The notes under the pieces are model-generated. The model was not told where the DNA came from. It searched no databases and worked only from the letters and a program-made list of their open reading frames with translations. Positions 29,351 to 39,471 of a DNA stretch of 64,000 nucleotides are shown one piece after another. This stretch comes from Candidatus Binatia bacterium (GTDB lineage: Bacteria; Desulfobacterota; Binatia; UBA9968): contig JBHHYU010000004.1 in assembly GCA_046757725.1 (NCBI GenBank), positions 3,312-67,311 of the forward strand, in the 5' to 3' direction. How positions within the stretch are numbered: the stretch's first letter is position 1; each line of letters begins with the position of its first letter. Both the position numbers and the translations under genes were made by a program.

Positions 29351-29519
29351 AGCAGCCTTATTATGAGTAGAGGTTACTGGGGACCGGGACCTGGTGAGCA
29401 TCCTTTGGTGGGGAGGAGCGTAGCACGGGATGCAGTGTGCTATTGATACTCGTATCCCGGTATTTAAAAGTCGACTTCACCTCTGGAAATGCAGGTGAGC
29501 ATTTTCTAGAGAAAGAGAG

Positions 29520-30092
29520 GTGACCATGGCAGAGCTAAATTTAGACCTATTGATCGAGGACGCAATGAGGCTTCATGAGAAGCCCATTAATGAGCTTTAC
29601 TCAACGCTGGGGCTGCAGTTGGTTGCCGGCAACCTCCCCACGGGTGCGGCTGGAATTATGAGTTATCTTTCCGCTTTTCAAGGGGCTTACAAGGCGAAGG
29701 AGGGCTACCACGCTTGGCCTTGGCCACCGGCCTTGAGTGAATGGATGAACGGATTGGAGATCATCCACGAAGGGCTGAAACGACAAGGTATCCGCTTCCT
29801 GATTGAGCATAAAGAGGGGCTCCGAAAGGGATTGATTCGCAAACAGGCTTTTCTTATTGCCAACGGGATTAATCACAAGATTCTCCGGAGCATCGTTCCG
29901 GCAGTGAGGGAATCTTTAACTCTACCGCGGGAGTTTGAACCCGTCGCGGCTACAGTCACAGTCATCATCTTTAAGCTGGGATTGCGAGGCTTTTTTTCTC
30001 AATTTAATAATCCTCAGCCATTTTCACAAATCATAGAGTTGCGGGAGCATGCGGTGGATAAAAGACGTTCCATTGGGGGAGCGAAAGACTAA
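29520..30092 (+). CDS. Hypothetical protein
   Basis: 190-aa ORF with GAGG RBS, downstream of the promoter. Confidence 0.6.
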   Translation: MTMAELNLDLLIEDAMRLHEKPINELYSTLGLQLVAGNLPTGAAGIMSYLSAFQGAYKAKEGYHAWPWPPALSEWMNGLEIIHEGLKRQGIRFLIEHKEGLRKGLIRKQAFLIANGINHKILRSIVPAVRESLTLPREFEPVAATVTVIIFKLGLRGFFSQFNNPQPFSQIIELREHAVDKRRSIGGAKD

Positions 30093-30176
30093 GAACGAGC
30101 CGGTAGGTTGCCTACGGTAGCCCTTCGGAAATAGTCGGCGAAACGGTGGCGGCGAGACAATGAAAAGGAGGCGCTC

Positions 30177-30467
30177 GTGGAGAGCCTAAAAAAACATCTC
30201 GATGAAATCAGTCGTAGCTATCAGCAAATAGATGCCAAGTTCTCTGAGAATGGGAACGTAGGCAACCTGAATGTCGTATTTGGACTTCAGGGAAAGCTTC
30301 GTGAGTCCCTAAAAGGGGTCAGTAACAGTGAACTCGATGTGTTGCTTAACGAGATTCATTTAGCAAGGGAATCCCTCAGCCGTCTTCAAGACCAGGTGCT
30401 GGAGCTGCGTGCGTTGAAGGAATGCTTCAGTGCAGCGCAATCTCGGGTTGCCCCATCGGGTCGGTAG
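30177..30467 (+). CDS. Hypothetical coiled-coil protein
   Basis: AGGAGG RBS; heptad-like Leu pattern. Confidence 0.65.
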   Translation: MESLKKHLDEISRSYQQIDAKFSENGNVGNLNVVFGLQGKLRESLKGVSNSELDVLLNEIHLARESLSRLQDQVLELRALKECFSAAQSRVAPSGR

Positions 30468-30583
30468 AGTTAATCATCCCTCGTGGACTCGGCGGGCCAC
30501 GGGTTGGGTTACAGCTGTTAACCTGAGTTTCCGTTGGCTAGGTTGATCAAGGTGGAACGATAATCAGTCTAGGAACTTACGAA

Positions 30584-31831
30584 GTGGCGAACGCAGAAAT
30601 CGTTGCCATAGGATCTGAGCTGCTCTTGGGTCAGATCGTAGATACCAATTCCGCATGGATGGCCCAGCGGCTAACTGCGGTCGGCGTCAACCTATTTTAT
30701 AAAACGATCGTTGGAGACAATCCGGGGCGTATGAGGGAGGTTCTAGCACAGGCCTTGGACCGTTCGGATGTCGTCATTACGAGCGGCGGACTTGGCCCCA
30801 CGCAGGATGACCTGACACGAGAAGTCGTGGCCGAGATCACGCACCGAAAATTACTTCTGGATCCAGAACTCTTGGAACAGATGGAGCAACGGTTTCGCCG
30901 CCATGGAAGGGCTATGACCCCCAACAATGATCGGCAGGCCTATATACCAAGAGGGGCGATCCCCGTTGAAAATCCTAACGGGACTGCCCCTTCTTTTATC
31001 GTAGAGGATCCCCGTGGTGTTGTCTTTGCCCTGCCGGGAGTACCGCATGAGCTGAAATGGCTCTTTGCTCACGAAGTCATCCCCTATCTGCAGAAAAAGT
31101 TTAACCTCACTGAGGTCATCACCTCCAAGGTGCTAAAAGTAGCCGGTGTTGGTGAAAGTGGTGTGGATGACCGGATTGGTTACCTCATCGCCAACTCATC
31201 AAATCCCACTGTCGGCGTGCTGGCTCAAACAGGACAGGTTGTCGTCCGTATCACTGCCAAGGCGGCCAGTAAAGAAGAAGCCATGAGGTTGATTGAGCCT
31301 GTTGAAGTCAAGATTCGGGAGCTTCTCGGACGCCATGTTTTTGCAACTGACGAAGAAACCATGGAGGATGTCGTCGGCCAATTATTACGGGAAAAAAAGA
31401 AGACGGTAGCAGTTTTTGAGGACCAGACCGGAGGTCTGGTGACGGAACAACTGCAACAAGCCGGCCCGGAACAGGTGGCGGAGGCGATGGTAGCAACAAA
31501 TAAAGCGTCCATGTGCCGTCTCCTGGCCCTTTCACGTCAACCCCGTCACCTAGAGGAACTGTTCCAAGACCCCACGAAACTAACCGATGAACTTGCTTGG
31601 GCTATCCGACTTCAGACCAAAAGTGACTACGGCCTGGCATTGCATGCTGAGGCAGACTCTGAAGACCCGGCGCAGAACCTGGCCAGCGGGAAGACTTTTA
31701 TCTCGGTGACGAATGGCAAGACTTTTAAGAACCGTCTCTACCCTCGCGTTGGGCGTGGCCGCCCGGAACGCACACGGGCGAGTCTGAACGCTATGGAGCT
31801 ATTACGGCTGGCCCTTTTAGAGGGGATGTAA
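30584..31831 (+). CDS. cinA: CinA family protein (MoCF/COG1058 domain plus degenerate PncC domain)
   Basis: IGSELLLG..DTN, GGLGPTQDDLT, NGTAP, LPGVPHE. Confidence 0.85.
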   Translation: MANAEIVAIGSELLLGQIVDTNSAWMAQRLTAVGVNLFYKTIVGDNPGRMREVLAQALDRSDVVITSGGLGPTQDDLTREVVAEITHRKLLLDPELLEQMEQRFRRHGRAMTPNNDRQAYIPRGAIPVENPNGTAPSFIVEDPRGVVFALPGVPHELKWLFAHEVIPYLQKKFNLTEVITSKVLKVAGVGESGVDDRIGYLIANSSNPTVGVLAQTGQVVVRITAKAASKEEAMRLIEPVEVKIRELLGRHVFATDEETMEDVVGQLLREKKKTVAVFEDQTGGLVTEQLQQAGPEQVAEAMVATNKASMCRLLALSRQPRHLEELFQDPTKLTDELAWAIRLQTKSDYGLALHAEADSEDPAQNLASGKTFISVTNGKTFKNRLYPRVGRGRPERTRASLNAMELLRLALLEGM

Positions 31832-31919
31832 CTCAGTGTAGGCAAGCCTTAGAGGTCATCGGATGCTGGCAAGGAAAAACGGGCAGTTTATCCGTACCGT
31901 ATGAGTGAGGAGGCGAGCT

Positions 31920-32639
31920 ATGGCTAAACGGGTGTGGGATCGTTTTCTTAGCGAACAGGACCGGGCGCATGTGGTTCTGAAACCGCCTCGGGCGATTGGT
32001 TTTGGAAAAAAACCTGCGCTGCTTCTTATTGACCTTTACCGGTGGGTTTTTGGAGACAAACCGGAACCCGTATTGGAGGCCATTAAAACCTGGCCGGGTA
32101 GCTGCGGGCTCGCGGCATGGAATGCTATCCCGCATATCCAGACGTTGCTCCGAACGGCTCGCGAGGCGGGTATTCCCATTATTCACATGACAGGCCTGGC
32201 GGGGGCCGGTGTTGATGAATGGTCCTTCAGACGGGATAATGCCGCCAACCAACGAAACCCAGAGCTTCAGGAACGTCGCAGACACAAATTCGAGATTATT
32301 GGTGAGGTAGAGCCTCTTGGGGGTGAGGCGGTCCTGCGCAAATTATCTCCGAGCGCCTTCTGGGGCACCCCGCTAGTGGGGCACCTGAACCAGTTGGGCA
32401 TTGATACCGTTATCACCTGTGGTGAGAGCACCAGTGGTTGTGTACGCGCAAGCGTAGTCGACGGCTGCACCTATCGTTTCCGGATGATTGTGGTGGAGGA
32501 CTGCGTATTTGACCGCCACGAGGCATGTCATGCGATCAATCTCTTCGACATGAATCAAAAATACGCCGACGTGTTGCCGCTGAACGAAGTCTTGCATTAT
32601 CTTCACTCATGGCAAGCTGAACACCCTATCGGGACTTGA
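31920..32639 (+). CDS. Isochorismatase-family cysteine hydrolase
   Basis: PALLLID, K..SAFWGT, STSGCVRASVVD. Confidence 0.88.
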   Translation: MAKRVWDRFLSEQDRAHVVLKPPRAIGFGKKPALLLIDLYRWVFGDKPEPVLEAIKTWPGSCGLAAWNAIPHIQTLLRTAREAGIPIIHMTGLAGAGVDEWSFRRDNAANQRNPELQERRRHKFEIIGEVEPLGGEAVLRKLSPSAFWGTPLVGHLNQLGIDTVITCGESTSGCVRASVVDGCTYRFRMIVVEDCVFDRHEACHAINLFDMNQKYADVLPLNEVLHYLHSWQAEHPIGT

Positions 32640-32707
32640 AGAGGCGTGAGTAACTCTATACGGGATCTCTCAAGTAGGCTCCACTCATTAATCTCAATTG
32701 CTTCTTT

Positions 32708-33124
32708 TTATCTTTGGAGTTCCTTGTCCTTGAAGATCTCATCGATGACGAATAGCCCCGTCAGCAGCGCACGTAAGTGAATCCAGGCATTCAGATTATC
32801 CACCAGCTGGGAGCTGATCGAGCTCTGCGCGAGTACCAGTTGGATAGCGGTTTGAGCTTTGTGATCGTCCCGTTCCAAGACCTTGATGAAAGCGCGATAC
32901 GGTTCGGGCGGCTCCAGCTTTTCTGCATCAACCAGTGCCAAAAGAAGATCGGGTAGGCCTTCCAGGGAAGCATTACAGCGTTCGAGGGAGTCCCGAATCT
33001 GTGCTCCCGAATCACCCTCTTCATCTCCAGAAAGCCCCTGCGCTGCAAAGGCGAGCATGAACTCGTAACTCTCTTCTATAATTTCGATTCTTTCCTTTAG
33101 CATGCCTTTTTCGTGACGGCTCAT
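32708..33124 (-). CDS. Hypothetical helical protein
   Basis: 138-aa ORF, co-oriented at the end of the molybdoenzyme operon. Confidence 0.65.
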   Translation of the reverse strand: MSRHEKGMLKERIEIIEESYEFMLAFAAQGLSGDEEGDSGAQIRDSLERCNASLEGLPDLLLALVDAEKLEPPEPYRAFIKVLERDDHKAQTAIQLVLAQSSISSQLVDNLNAWIHLRALLTGLFVIDEIFKDKELQR

Positions 33125-33149
33125 CGAGGGGCTCCCCGAACGACAGGTT

Positions 33150-34022
33150 TTAACTATCCTTATGATTAGAGGTAGGTTCCGGGTCCGGTAGCCGAGTAAC
33201 TGGCCAGCGTTGGAGGTCGTAGTGGTTCACGTAGCGGTAGCGTGGGATCCAACCCACAATCATGGAAAACGTAAGCCAGCGCTTTTCAGGTCGAACCGCA
33301 AAGTAGAAATGGACCATAATCAATGTAATGAAGGCCACGCTTACCGCCCCGTGTACAACATAGATCACTCCCCAGGTAGTGTCAGCTAGAAGGTAGGGAT
33401 CGCGTGTCCAGAATGGGGTATCCACCTTTGCCATCATCAACACGCCCGTAACAATACCGCCCAATGTAACGATGCTGGTAACATGATGGAAGAGCTTGTT
33501 CTCGAATGGGTTCTTCCCCGGCTTGCCTGGGGTCGGCTCGCTCAGCCGCACGATTTGCTTCAGGGTCAACCACCCATCTCGGAGATCTTGGTAACTAATC
33601 CACATCAAGCCGAGCCCTTTCCAGAACGAAGCATGAATCACGTGGAACAGGATCACTGCGGTGAGCGTAAGCCCGGCTATCCAATGAGGCGTTACCCAGG
33701 AGAATTTAAAACCCAAAATAGGAAGAAATCCAGTGAAGAGCAGCGCGAGCACAGAGGTGGCCGTAACCCAATGAACAAGCCTTGATGCAAGGGAATGCCG
33801 GGGTACTCGCTCGGGCACCCGTGTCGGCCCGCTTTCTAGGTCTATGGTCTCGGTTTCGCCCTCGTTCGGGGAAGTTCTTGGCTGCCATCGCCAGAAATAT
33901 AGCAGCGCGTGCAGTACGGCAAACAGCACGCCAGCAGCAATGGCAAGCCACACGACATCCCAGGAAAGGCCTCTTAGGATTTCTTGGCCCCAGGGATTTT
34001 GCTGCCATCGGAACCATTCCAT
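33150..34022 (-). CDS. Di-heme cytochrome b (FdnI/HyaC-like)
   Basis: RH..SRLVHW, PHW, GK.NPFENKLFH, YVVHG, MVHFY His ligands in transmembrane helices. Confidence 0.8.
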   Translation of the reverse strand: MEWFRWQQNPWGQEILRGLSWDVVWLAIAAGVLFAVLHALLYFWRWQPRTSPNEGETETIDLESGPTRVPERVPRHSLASRLVHWVTATSVLALLFTGFLPILGFKFSWVTPHWIAGLTLTAVILFHVIHASFWKGLGLMWISYQDLRDGWLTLKQIVRLSEPTPGKPGKNPFENKLFHHVTSIVTLGGIVTGVLMMAKVDTPFWTRDPYLLADTTWGVIYVVHGAVSVAFITLIMVHFYFAVRPEKRWLTFSMIVGWIPRYRYVNHYDLQRWPVTRLPDPEPTSNHKDS

Positions 34023-34031
34023 GGACGCAAC

Positions 34032-35027
34032 CTATGTCCCCCGGATGGCTCTTTTAACCAAATTTTTCAAGAGGGGTATTTTGAAGTGGTTGTAGTTCAA
34101 GGGTCTGGCGCCCCATATCGCCGTCTTTCCGGCCAGCTCCGCAGTGGCCTTGCTCAGCGGTTCTCCACGGACACTGTCCTCCACGGCCTTCAATCTGAGT
34201 GGGCGGGCAGCCACTCCGGCCACTGCAATACGCACTTGTTTGATAACCCCACCCTTGACCTGCATGGCTGAAGCGACATTGACGATGGGAAAGTCCCATG
34301 CCTCGCGATCGCTTACCTTCTCGAAATAGAAGCGGCTTCCCGCCCACGTATTTGGGATGCGGATGGCCGTCAGCAGATCCCCAGGCTTAAGAATCGTCAT
34401 CCGTGTGATATCCACCGATGGCCCAATGAAGTAATCTTCTGCGTCCACGACCCGCTCACCTTTCCCGTGGCGGATTACGAACTTGGCATCCAGGGCAATC
34501 AAAGCCGGGCCAGTGTCAGAAGGACTCACGGCCACACAACGGTCTGCCTCGAACAGGCAGTGTTCTCTGTTCATTGCTGTCGGTGTGTCCGCGTAGCAGG
34601 TGTTTCCCCCGGAACGATAGCAGGGCATGCCACTCCTGTAATACCAGCAACGGGTATCCTGGCTTACGTTGCCTCCGAGAGTTCCCTGATTACGGATCTG
34701 CGGCGTAGCTACCCTCGCCGCAGAGCGGGCCAACAACCCGTACTGGGACTGAATCATCCGGTGCCCGGCGATCTCAGTTAAGGTTGTCATCGATCCGATT
34801 TCGACACCGTTTGCTTGTGCGCGGATTCCCTTAAGCTCTTGAATCTGGCTTAGATCAATAACGGCCTTCGGTCGCTTGATACGGTCTTTGAACCAGTCGA
34901 GGCTGTCCATCCCTCCTGCCATAACCCAGGCGCCCGTCCGGTGCCTGTCCAAGAGGATCAGGGCGTCAGGAATTCTGGATGGTTGGTATAGCTCAAACGC
35001 CTGCATCGTATCTCGAACTAAAGCCAT
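34032..35027 (-). CDS. Xanthine dehydrogenase family FAD-binding subunit
   Basis: AGGMD, QIRNQGTLGGN, RCWYYR..C..C 4Fe-4S insert as in PaoB/HcrB. Confidence 0.88.
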   Translation of the reverse strand: MALVRDTMQAFELYQPSRIPDALILLDRHRTGAWVMAGGMDSLDWFKDRIKRPKAVIDLSQIQELKGIRAQANGVEIGSMTTLTEIAGHRMIQSQYGLLARSAARVATPQIRNQGTLGGNVSQDTRCWYYRSGMPCYRSGGNTCYADTPTAMNREHCLFEADRCVAVSPSDTGPALIALDAKFVIRHGKGERVVDAEDYFIGPSVDITRMTILKPGDLLTAIRIPNTWAGSRFYFEKVSDREAWDFPIVNVASAMQVKGGVIKQVRIAVAGVAARPLRLKAVEDSVRGEPLSKATAELAGKTAIWGARPLNYNHFKIPLLKNLVKRAIRGT

Positions 35028-35042
35028 GGCTTGAGTCTCCCT

Positions 35043-37445
35043 TCAAACATTGACTTCGAGGGGTTTGTAAGATTGTGGCTGCCCCTCGAGCGCATTCAGG
35101 ATCATGTCAATGCTCACGGGTATGCGATTGAAATAGACACCGCCCAGGGCATCTGAAACGGCACACACGACCGCGGCTGCCGCCGATCCCAGAGGTGGCT
35201 CGCCGATCCCCTTTGAGCCAATCGGGCTGTACGGATCGGGTTGGTTGACCGCATCCCACTGCATTTTGAGGGGCACGTCAAGATAGGTTACCGGTTTAGC
35301 CGTATAGAGTCCCTTCGTACCGGATAAACCAAACTTCGGGTCAAAGATATGTTTTTCCTTGAGTGCTAGACCAAATCCCTGGACCGCTCCTCCTTTGATC
35401 TGATTGCTGAGACTCTTGGGGTGAATGACCGTGCCACAGTCCGCCACTCCCAGGGACTCCAGGATCTCAACACGACCGGTTTCCACGTCAACCTCGACCC
35501 GCACGAATGTAGCACAGAAGGCCGGCACTGTGCCCCTACGCTTGAGTGTATCCTTGGCTACCCCCACTAACCCCTGGCCCGCAATGCTCTCTGCCGAGCG
35601 AACCGTCATCGAATTCAGACCGGGCGGTAGTTCTTTGCCGCTGTATTTACCTCCCAACCCTATAGCGCGGCGAGCCGCCTCGGCGAAGCTGAGACCCTTT
35701 GAAGGATTTGACTTGAGGTAAACTCGCTCGTTGCCGACTTCGAACTGGTTTGCATTACCACCGAATGCCTTAGCGGCGATCTCATGGAGCTTGTTTTTCG
35801 CGTCCACCGCGGCGACATAATTCGTCCGAGTCATCGTGAAGGAACTGTTACTGCCAAACTGGCCCAGGTTCCAGGGCAGATGCCTGCTGGAATTGCCATA
35901 GACGATTTCACATCGCTCCCATGGCATGCGAAGGGTTTCCGCGGCCGTTCGCGCGGTCCCGGCATAAGAATAGGTCCCCAGGTTTCCCGGGCCGTTGTGA
36001 ATGTAGAGTTTTCCATCTGGTTTGATCACAACCAGGCCGTCGAAACCACTGCGTCCAGCCGAATGGAACGCCACACCAACTCCAACCCCCGTTACCTTTG
36101 TTCCCTTGCGCTGTCCACTTAACCTGGTCTTCTTGGGCCAGTTGAATCGGGCTGCCCCCTTGTCGAGGGCCTCTCGCAGATAAGAGCTTGTAATCGGTCT
36201 CTGTTTGCCCCCGATCTTCCCGTCATGGCCCGGGGCATTGATCCGGCGTATCGCGACCCGGTCGATCCCAAGCTTACGTGCGGCCTTATCCAGGAAAGGC
36301 TCGATCGCGGCGGCAATCTGATTTTGGCCTGGGCCCCGTTGGGGGCTCCGAGGTGGCGTGTTGGTCAATACCGAGATGCCCCGCCAGCGCATGGCCACGG
36401 GCTGATAGACAAGCGAGACGGCGCCGCCTGCGGCTCTATAATCCCAGAAACCGGTGTAGGGCCCGTTGCTGTGGATGATATATAAGTCAAGCGCAATGAC
36501 CCGGCCATCTTTCCGAAACCCGAATTTGACCCACCCCTGGAAGCCCGCTCGCGATCTCCCAAAGCAAAACTCTTCCTCCCGCGTAACTCGTAGCATGACG
36601 GGGCGCTTGGTCTTTTTGGCAAGTAAGGCGGGGATGCCCCACTGTGGATAGCCTGTGCCTTTGCTCCCAAAACCACCGCCGCAATTTTCTCCGATAAAAA
36701 CCAGTTGGGAAGGTTTGATCCCAAGCAACCTTGCTGCGCGCGGAACAACGAAAGACACGCTCTGGCTCGATCCGTGCAGGTAGAGTTTGCCATTCTGCCA
36801 GTAGGCCAGTGCTGAGCGGGGCTCCATGGTATGATGGGAGAGTGCCTGGGTAACGAAGGTTTCCTCCAGGATCAAGTCGGCCTTCGCGAAACCGTCTTGC
36901 AAGTTGCCATACTGCCATTCATCGGATGGCTTGCCCATCGGTAGCCTGTCCTTGCCTGCCGCAGCAAAATCCCGCGCCTTCCACTTGATGGTTTGCAAGG
37001 GGAGTTTCCTATTTGCGACGTTGCCATCGGAGCGGGCATTGGGTCCTCTTGGCCGAAGGCTATCGAGGGGATCAATAGCGAACGGAAGTGGTTGCAAATC
37101 AATACGGATCCTTTCCAGGGCTTCAGCGGCGGTTGTTTCATCCACCGCTGCGACAGCCAATATTGGCTCACCGGCATAAAGCGGCTCATTGGTTAGCATC
37201 GGTTCCCTCGGGGGGCGAACTTTGGGCGCGTCGTCGGCAGTCACAACGGCGGCCACACCCTTCATGGCCAGCGCCCTACTCGTGTCGATCCGCCGCACCT
37301 TGGCATGGGGCATGGGGCTCAGGAGGAGCTTGGCGAAGAGCATTCCTTCCACGCGGAAGTCTTCGGCATACTTGGCCATCCCGGTTACCTTACCGACCAG
37401 GTCGGGGGGAGTAAAATCTTTTCCGATCAGCTTATAATGAACCAT
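35043..37445 (-). CDS. Xanthine dehydrogenase family molybdopterin-binding subunit
   Basis: KVTG.AKY, GGGFG, QIKGGAVQG, KGIGEP. Confidence 0.9.
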   Translation of the reverse strand: MVHYKLIGKDFTPPDLVGKVTGMAKYAEDFRVEGMLFAKLLLSPMPHAKVRRIDTSRALAMKGVAAVVTADDAPKVRPPREPMLTNEPLYAGEPILAVAAVDETTAAEALERIRIDLQPLPFAIDPLDSLRPRGPNARSDGNVANRKLPLQTIKWKARDFAAAGKDRLPMGKPSDEWQYGNLQDGFAKADLILEETFVTQALSHHTMEPRSALAYWQNGKLYLHGSSQSVSFVVPRAARLLGIKPSQLVFIGENCGGGFGSKGTGYPQWGIPALLAKKTKRPVMLRVTREEEFCFGRSRAGFQGWVKFGFRKDGRVIALDLYIIHSNGPYTGFWDYRAAGGAVSLVYQPVAMRWRGISVLTNTPPRSPQRGPGQNQIAAAIEPFLDKAARKLGIDRVAIRRINAPGHDGKIGGKQRPITSSYLREALDKGAARFNWPKKTRLSGQRKGTKVTGVGVGVAFHSAGRSGFDGLVVIKPDGKLYIHNGPGNLGTYSYAGTARTAAETLRMPWERCEIVYGNSSRHLPWNLGQFGSNSSFTMTRTNYVAAVDAKNKLHEIAAKAFGGNANQFEVGNERVYLKSNPSKGLSFAEAARRAIGLGGKYSGKELPPGLNSMTVRSAESIAGQGLVGVAKDTLKRRGTVPAFCATFVRVEVDVETGRVEILESLGVADCGTVIHPKSLSNQIKGGAVQGFGLALKEKHIFDPKFGLSGTKGLYTAKPVTYLDVPLKMQWDAVNQPDPYSPIGSKGIGEPPLGSAAAAVVCAVSDALGGVYFNRIPVSIDMILNALEGQPQSYKPLEVNV

Positions 37446-37446
37446 C

Positions 37447-38076
37447 TCAGATCCCCCTTTTTACAGCCGACATGACGGCATTCAGGTAGTGGTCGTAAGC
37501 GCCGCAACGGCATAGGTTGCCGGACAGTGCTTCAGCTGCCTCAGCCCGCGTGGGCCGTGGATTGACCGAGAGAAGTCCCACGGTGGACATGATCTGGCCG
37601 GGCGTACAGAAGCCACACTGGGGTCCAAGTTCTTTTATAAACGCCTCCTGAACGGGATGGAGTCTCCCGGAAGGGCTGGCCAGGCCTTCAATGGTAGTGA
37701 TTTTCGAATTGCGCACGGTGTAGGTCAATACCGAGCAGGCATAGCGAGGAACTCCATCAATCAACACGGAGCAATTCCCGCACTCACCGCGGTCGCACCC
37801 GAGCTTGGTCCCCGTTAGCCCGAGCTTGTAGCGAAGCGTCATTACCAGCGTTTCCTGCTTCATGACGTCTGCCCTCCGTTTACGACCGTTCACCGTAAGT
37901 GTCACTAAGTGCTCAACGGCGCCGGGGTGACCCGGTCTGGCGAAGACGAAATCGGCCCCCCGGAAAAGGTAGGCGACCGAGGAGGCCGCTGACCCCGCAG
38001 CAATGATCCCTTTGATAAAATCTCGCCGAGAGATGTGGCGCGGCGTGTTTACTATTAATTCCGGCTCTTCCATCAT
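37447..38076 (-). CDS. 2Fe-2S subunit with Tat signal
   Basis: SRRDFIK; GCDRGECGNC, QCGFCTPG, NLCRC; GGAGG RBS before 38076. Confidence 0.88.
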   Translation of the reverse strand: MMEEPELIVNTPRHISRRDFIKGIIAAGSAASSVAYLFRGADFVFARPGHPGAVEHLVTLTVNGRKRRADVMKQETLVMTLRYKLGLTGTKLGCDRGECGNCSVLIDGVPRYACSVLTYTVRNSKITTIEGLASPSGRLHPVQEAFIKELGPQCGFCTPGQIMSTVGLLSVNPRPTRAEAAEALSGNLCRCGAYDHYLNAVMSAVKRGI

Positions 38077-38545
38077 TTCCTCCGTGGATGAGATGTCAGC
38101 TATCTGTAAAAAAAGCGGTATCAATATTAAGGCAGCAATCGTCAAGTGACCCAGCTGTCCACAGCTTCCTTCATTGCATCCATAAAAGTGGTCGTGGTGA
38201 CCGACAGGTCCCCAGCACTTAGGGCTGAGATTCGGAAAAAGGCCAAAAGAATAAGAAAACTGACATGGTGGCTTGTGTTTCTGTAGTGGCTCAATTACAT
38301 TCCTATACAGACAGTAGGCTAACCAAAACATTATATTCCGACCTCTTCCATGTCAATGTAAAAACTTACTTCGGGGTTGCTAGCGGATTATAGGGTCGGA
38401 TCTAGGATACGTCGCTGCGGAAAAGTTGATCCGGTAGAATTTAAAGTCAGGGTTTTTATTCGTCCCCAATGGTTTGGATGACGCTTAACCCTTTTTCTTC
38501 CTTTTAGCGCCTTACCGGTAAGACGCAACTCAGGTAAAGCAACTG

Positions 38546-39421
38546 ATGAGCGAAATGTCGGAAATCGCTCTGCGTGTCGCTCAAACTCGGGCCCGCGCCG
38601 AGGAGTGGGCTCTAGTCCTAACTGCTGAGGGCATGTCTCCAAGTGTCCGACCCGGGAGCCACGGCTTTATCCTTGGCGTTCCACCTCAAGAGTTTAAGCG
38701 GGCAACTGCAGTCCTTGTGGCCTACGAAAGCGAAAATCCAGAGCAGCCGCTGGAAAAGGACGAGCCATTGCGCTCAGCATCCCTGCTTGTGGGGATCGCC
38801 GTTGCAGGGGTGCTTCTTGTGTTTTTCTTCGTCACGATCAAAACGAACCCGAGCGCCCATTGGTTCGAGCGCGGCAGTGCGGATGCTGAGCAGATCCTTC
38901 TGGGCGAGTACTGGCGTGCGGTGACCGCACTCACCCTGCATAGTAATCTTCCGCACATTTTGGCTAACGCCGCCACCGGGGCATTTTTCCTGACCGCTGT
39001 TAGTCGCATGCTGGGTGGCGGGCTTGGTAGCGCTCTTGTACTGCTTGCAGGGGTCGGAGGAAACCTTGCTAACGCCGTTTTCTATAGATACCTGCACGTT
39101 TCGTTGGGGGCCTCAACAGCTGTTTTCGGTGCGGTCGGTATCCTGTGCGCGCTTGCCGTGGCGAGACACCACCGGAAGGGGGTGCCGTGGCGTCGTGCTT
39201 GGGTACCCCTAGGTGCCGGATTGGCTCTTCTCGCGATGTTGGGGACTGGGGGACAGCGTGTTGACCTCTGGGCTCACCTCTTCGGGCTCCTGGCCGGTGG
39301 GGTACTGGGGATTCCCGTCGCTGTCTTCTTACCCCGGCCACCAGCACCTCAGTTTCAATGGATGCTCGGTGGCTCGGCGCTAATCGTGGTTATTGTCAGC
39401 TGGATCCTCGCCCTACGCTAA
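38546..39421 (+). CDS. Rhomboid family intramembrane serine protease
   Basis: WR..TALTLH..HILAN, GASTAVFG, AHLFG. Confidence 0.88.
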   Translation: MSEMSEIALRVAQTRARAEEWALVLTAEGMSPSVRPGSHGFILGVPPQEFKRATAVLVAYESENPEQPLEKDEPLRSASLLVGIAVAGVLLVFFFVTIKTNPSAHWFERGSADAEQILLGEYWRAVTALTLHSNLPHILANAATGAFFLTAVSRMLGGGLGSALVLLAGVGGNLANAVFYRYLHVSLGASTAVFGAVGILCALAVARHHRKGVPWRRAWVPLGAGLALLAMLGTGGQRVDLWAHLFGLLAGGVLGIPVAVFLPRPPAPQFQWMLGGSALIVVIVSWILALR

Positions 39422-39471
39422 AATGCTTTGGCGCCGATGGGATGCGGGACAGGTTGATAGCTTTTTGCACG

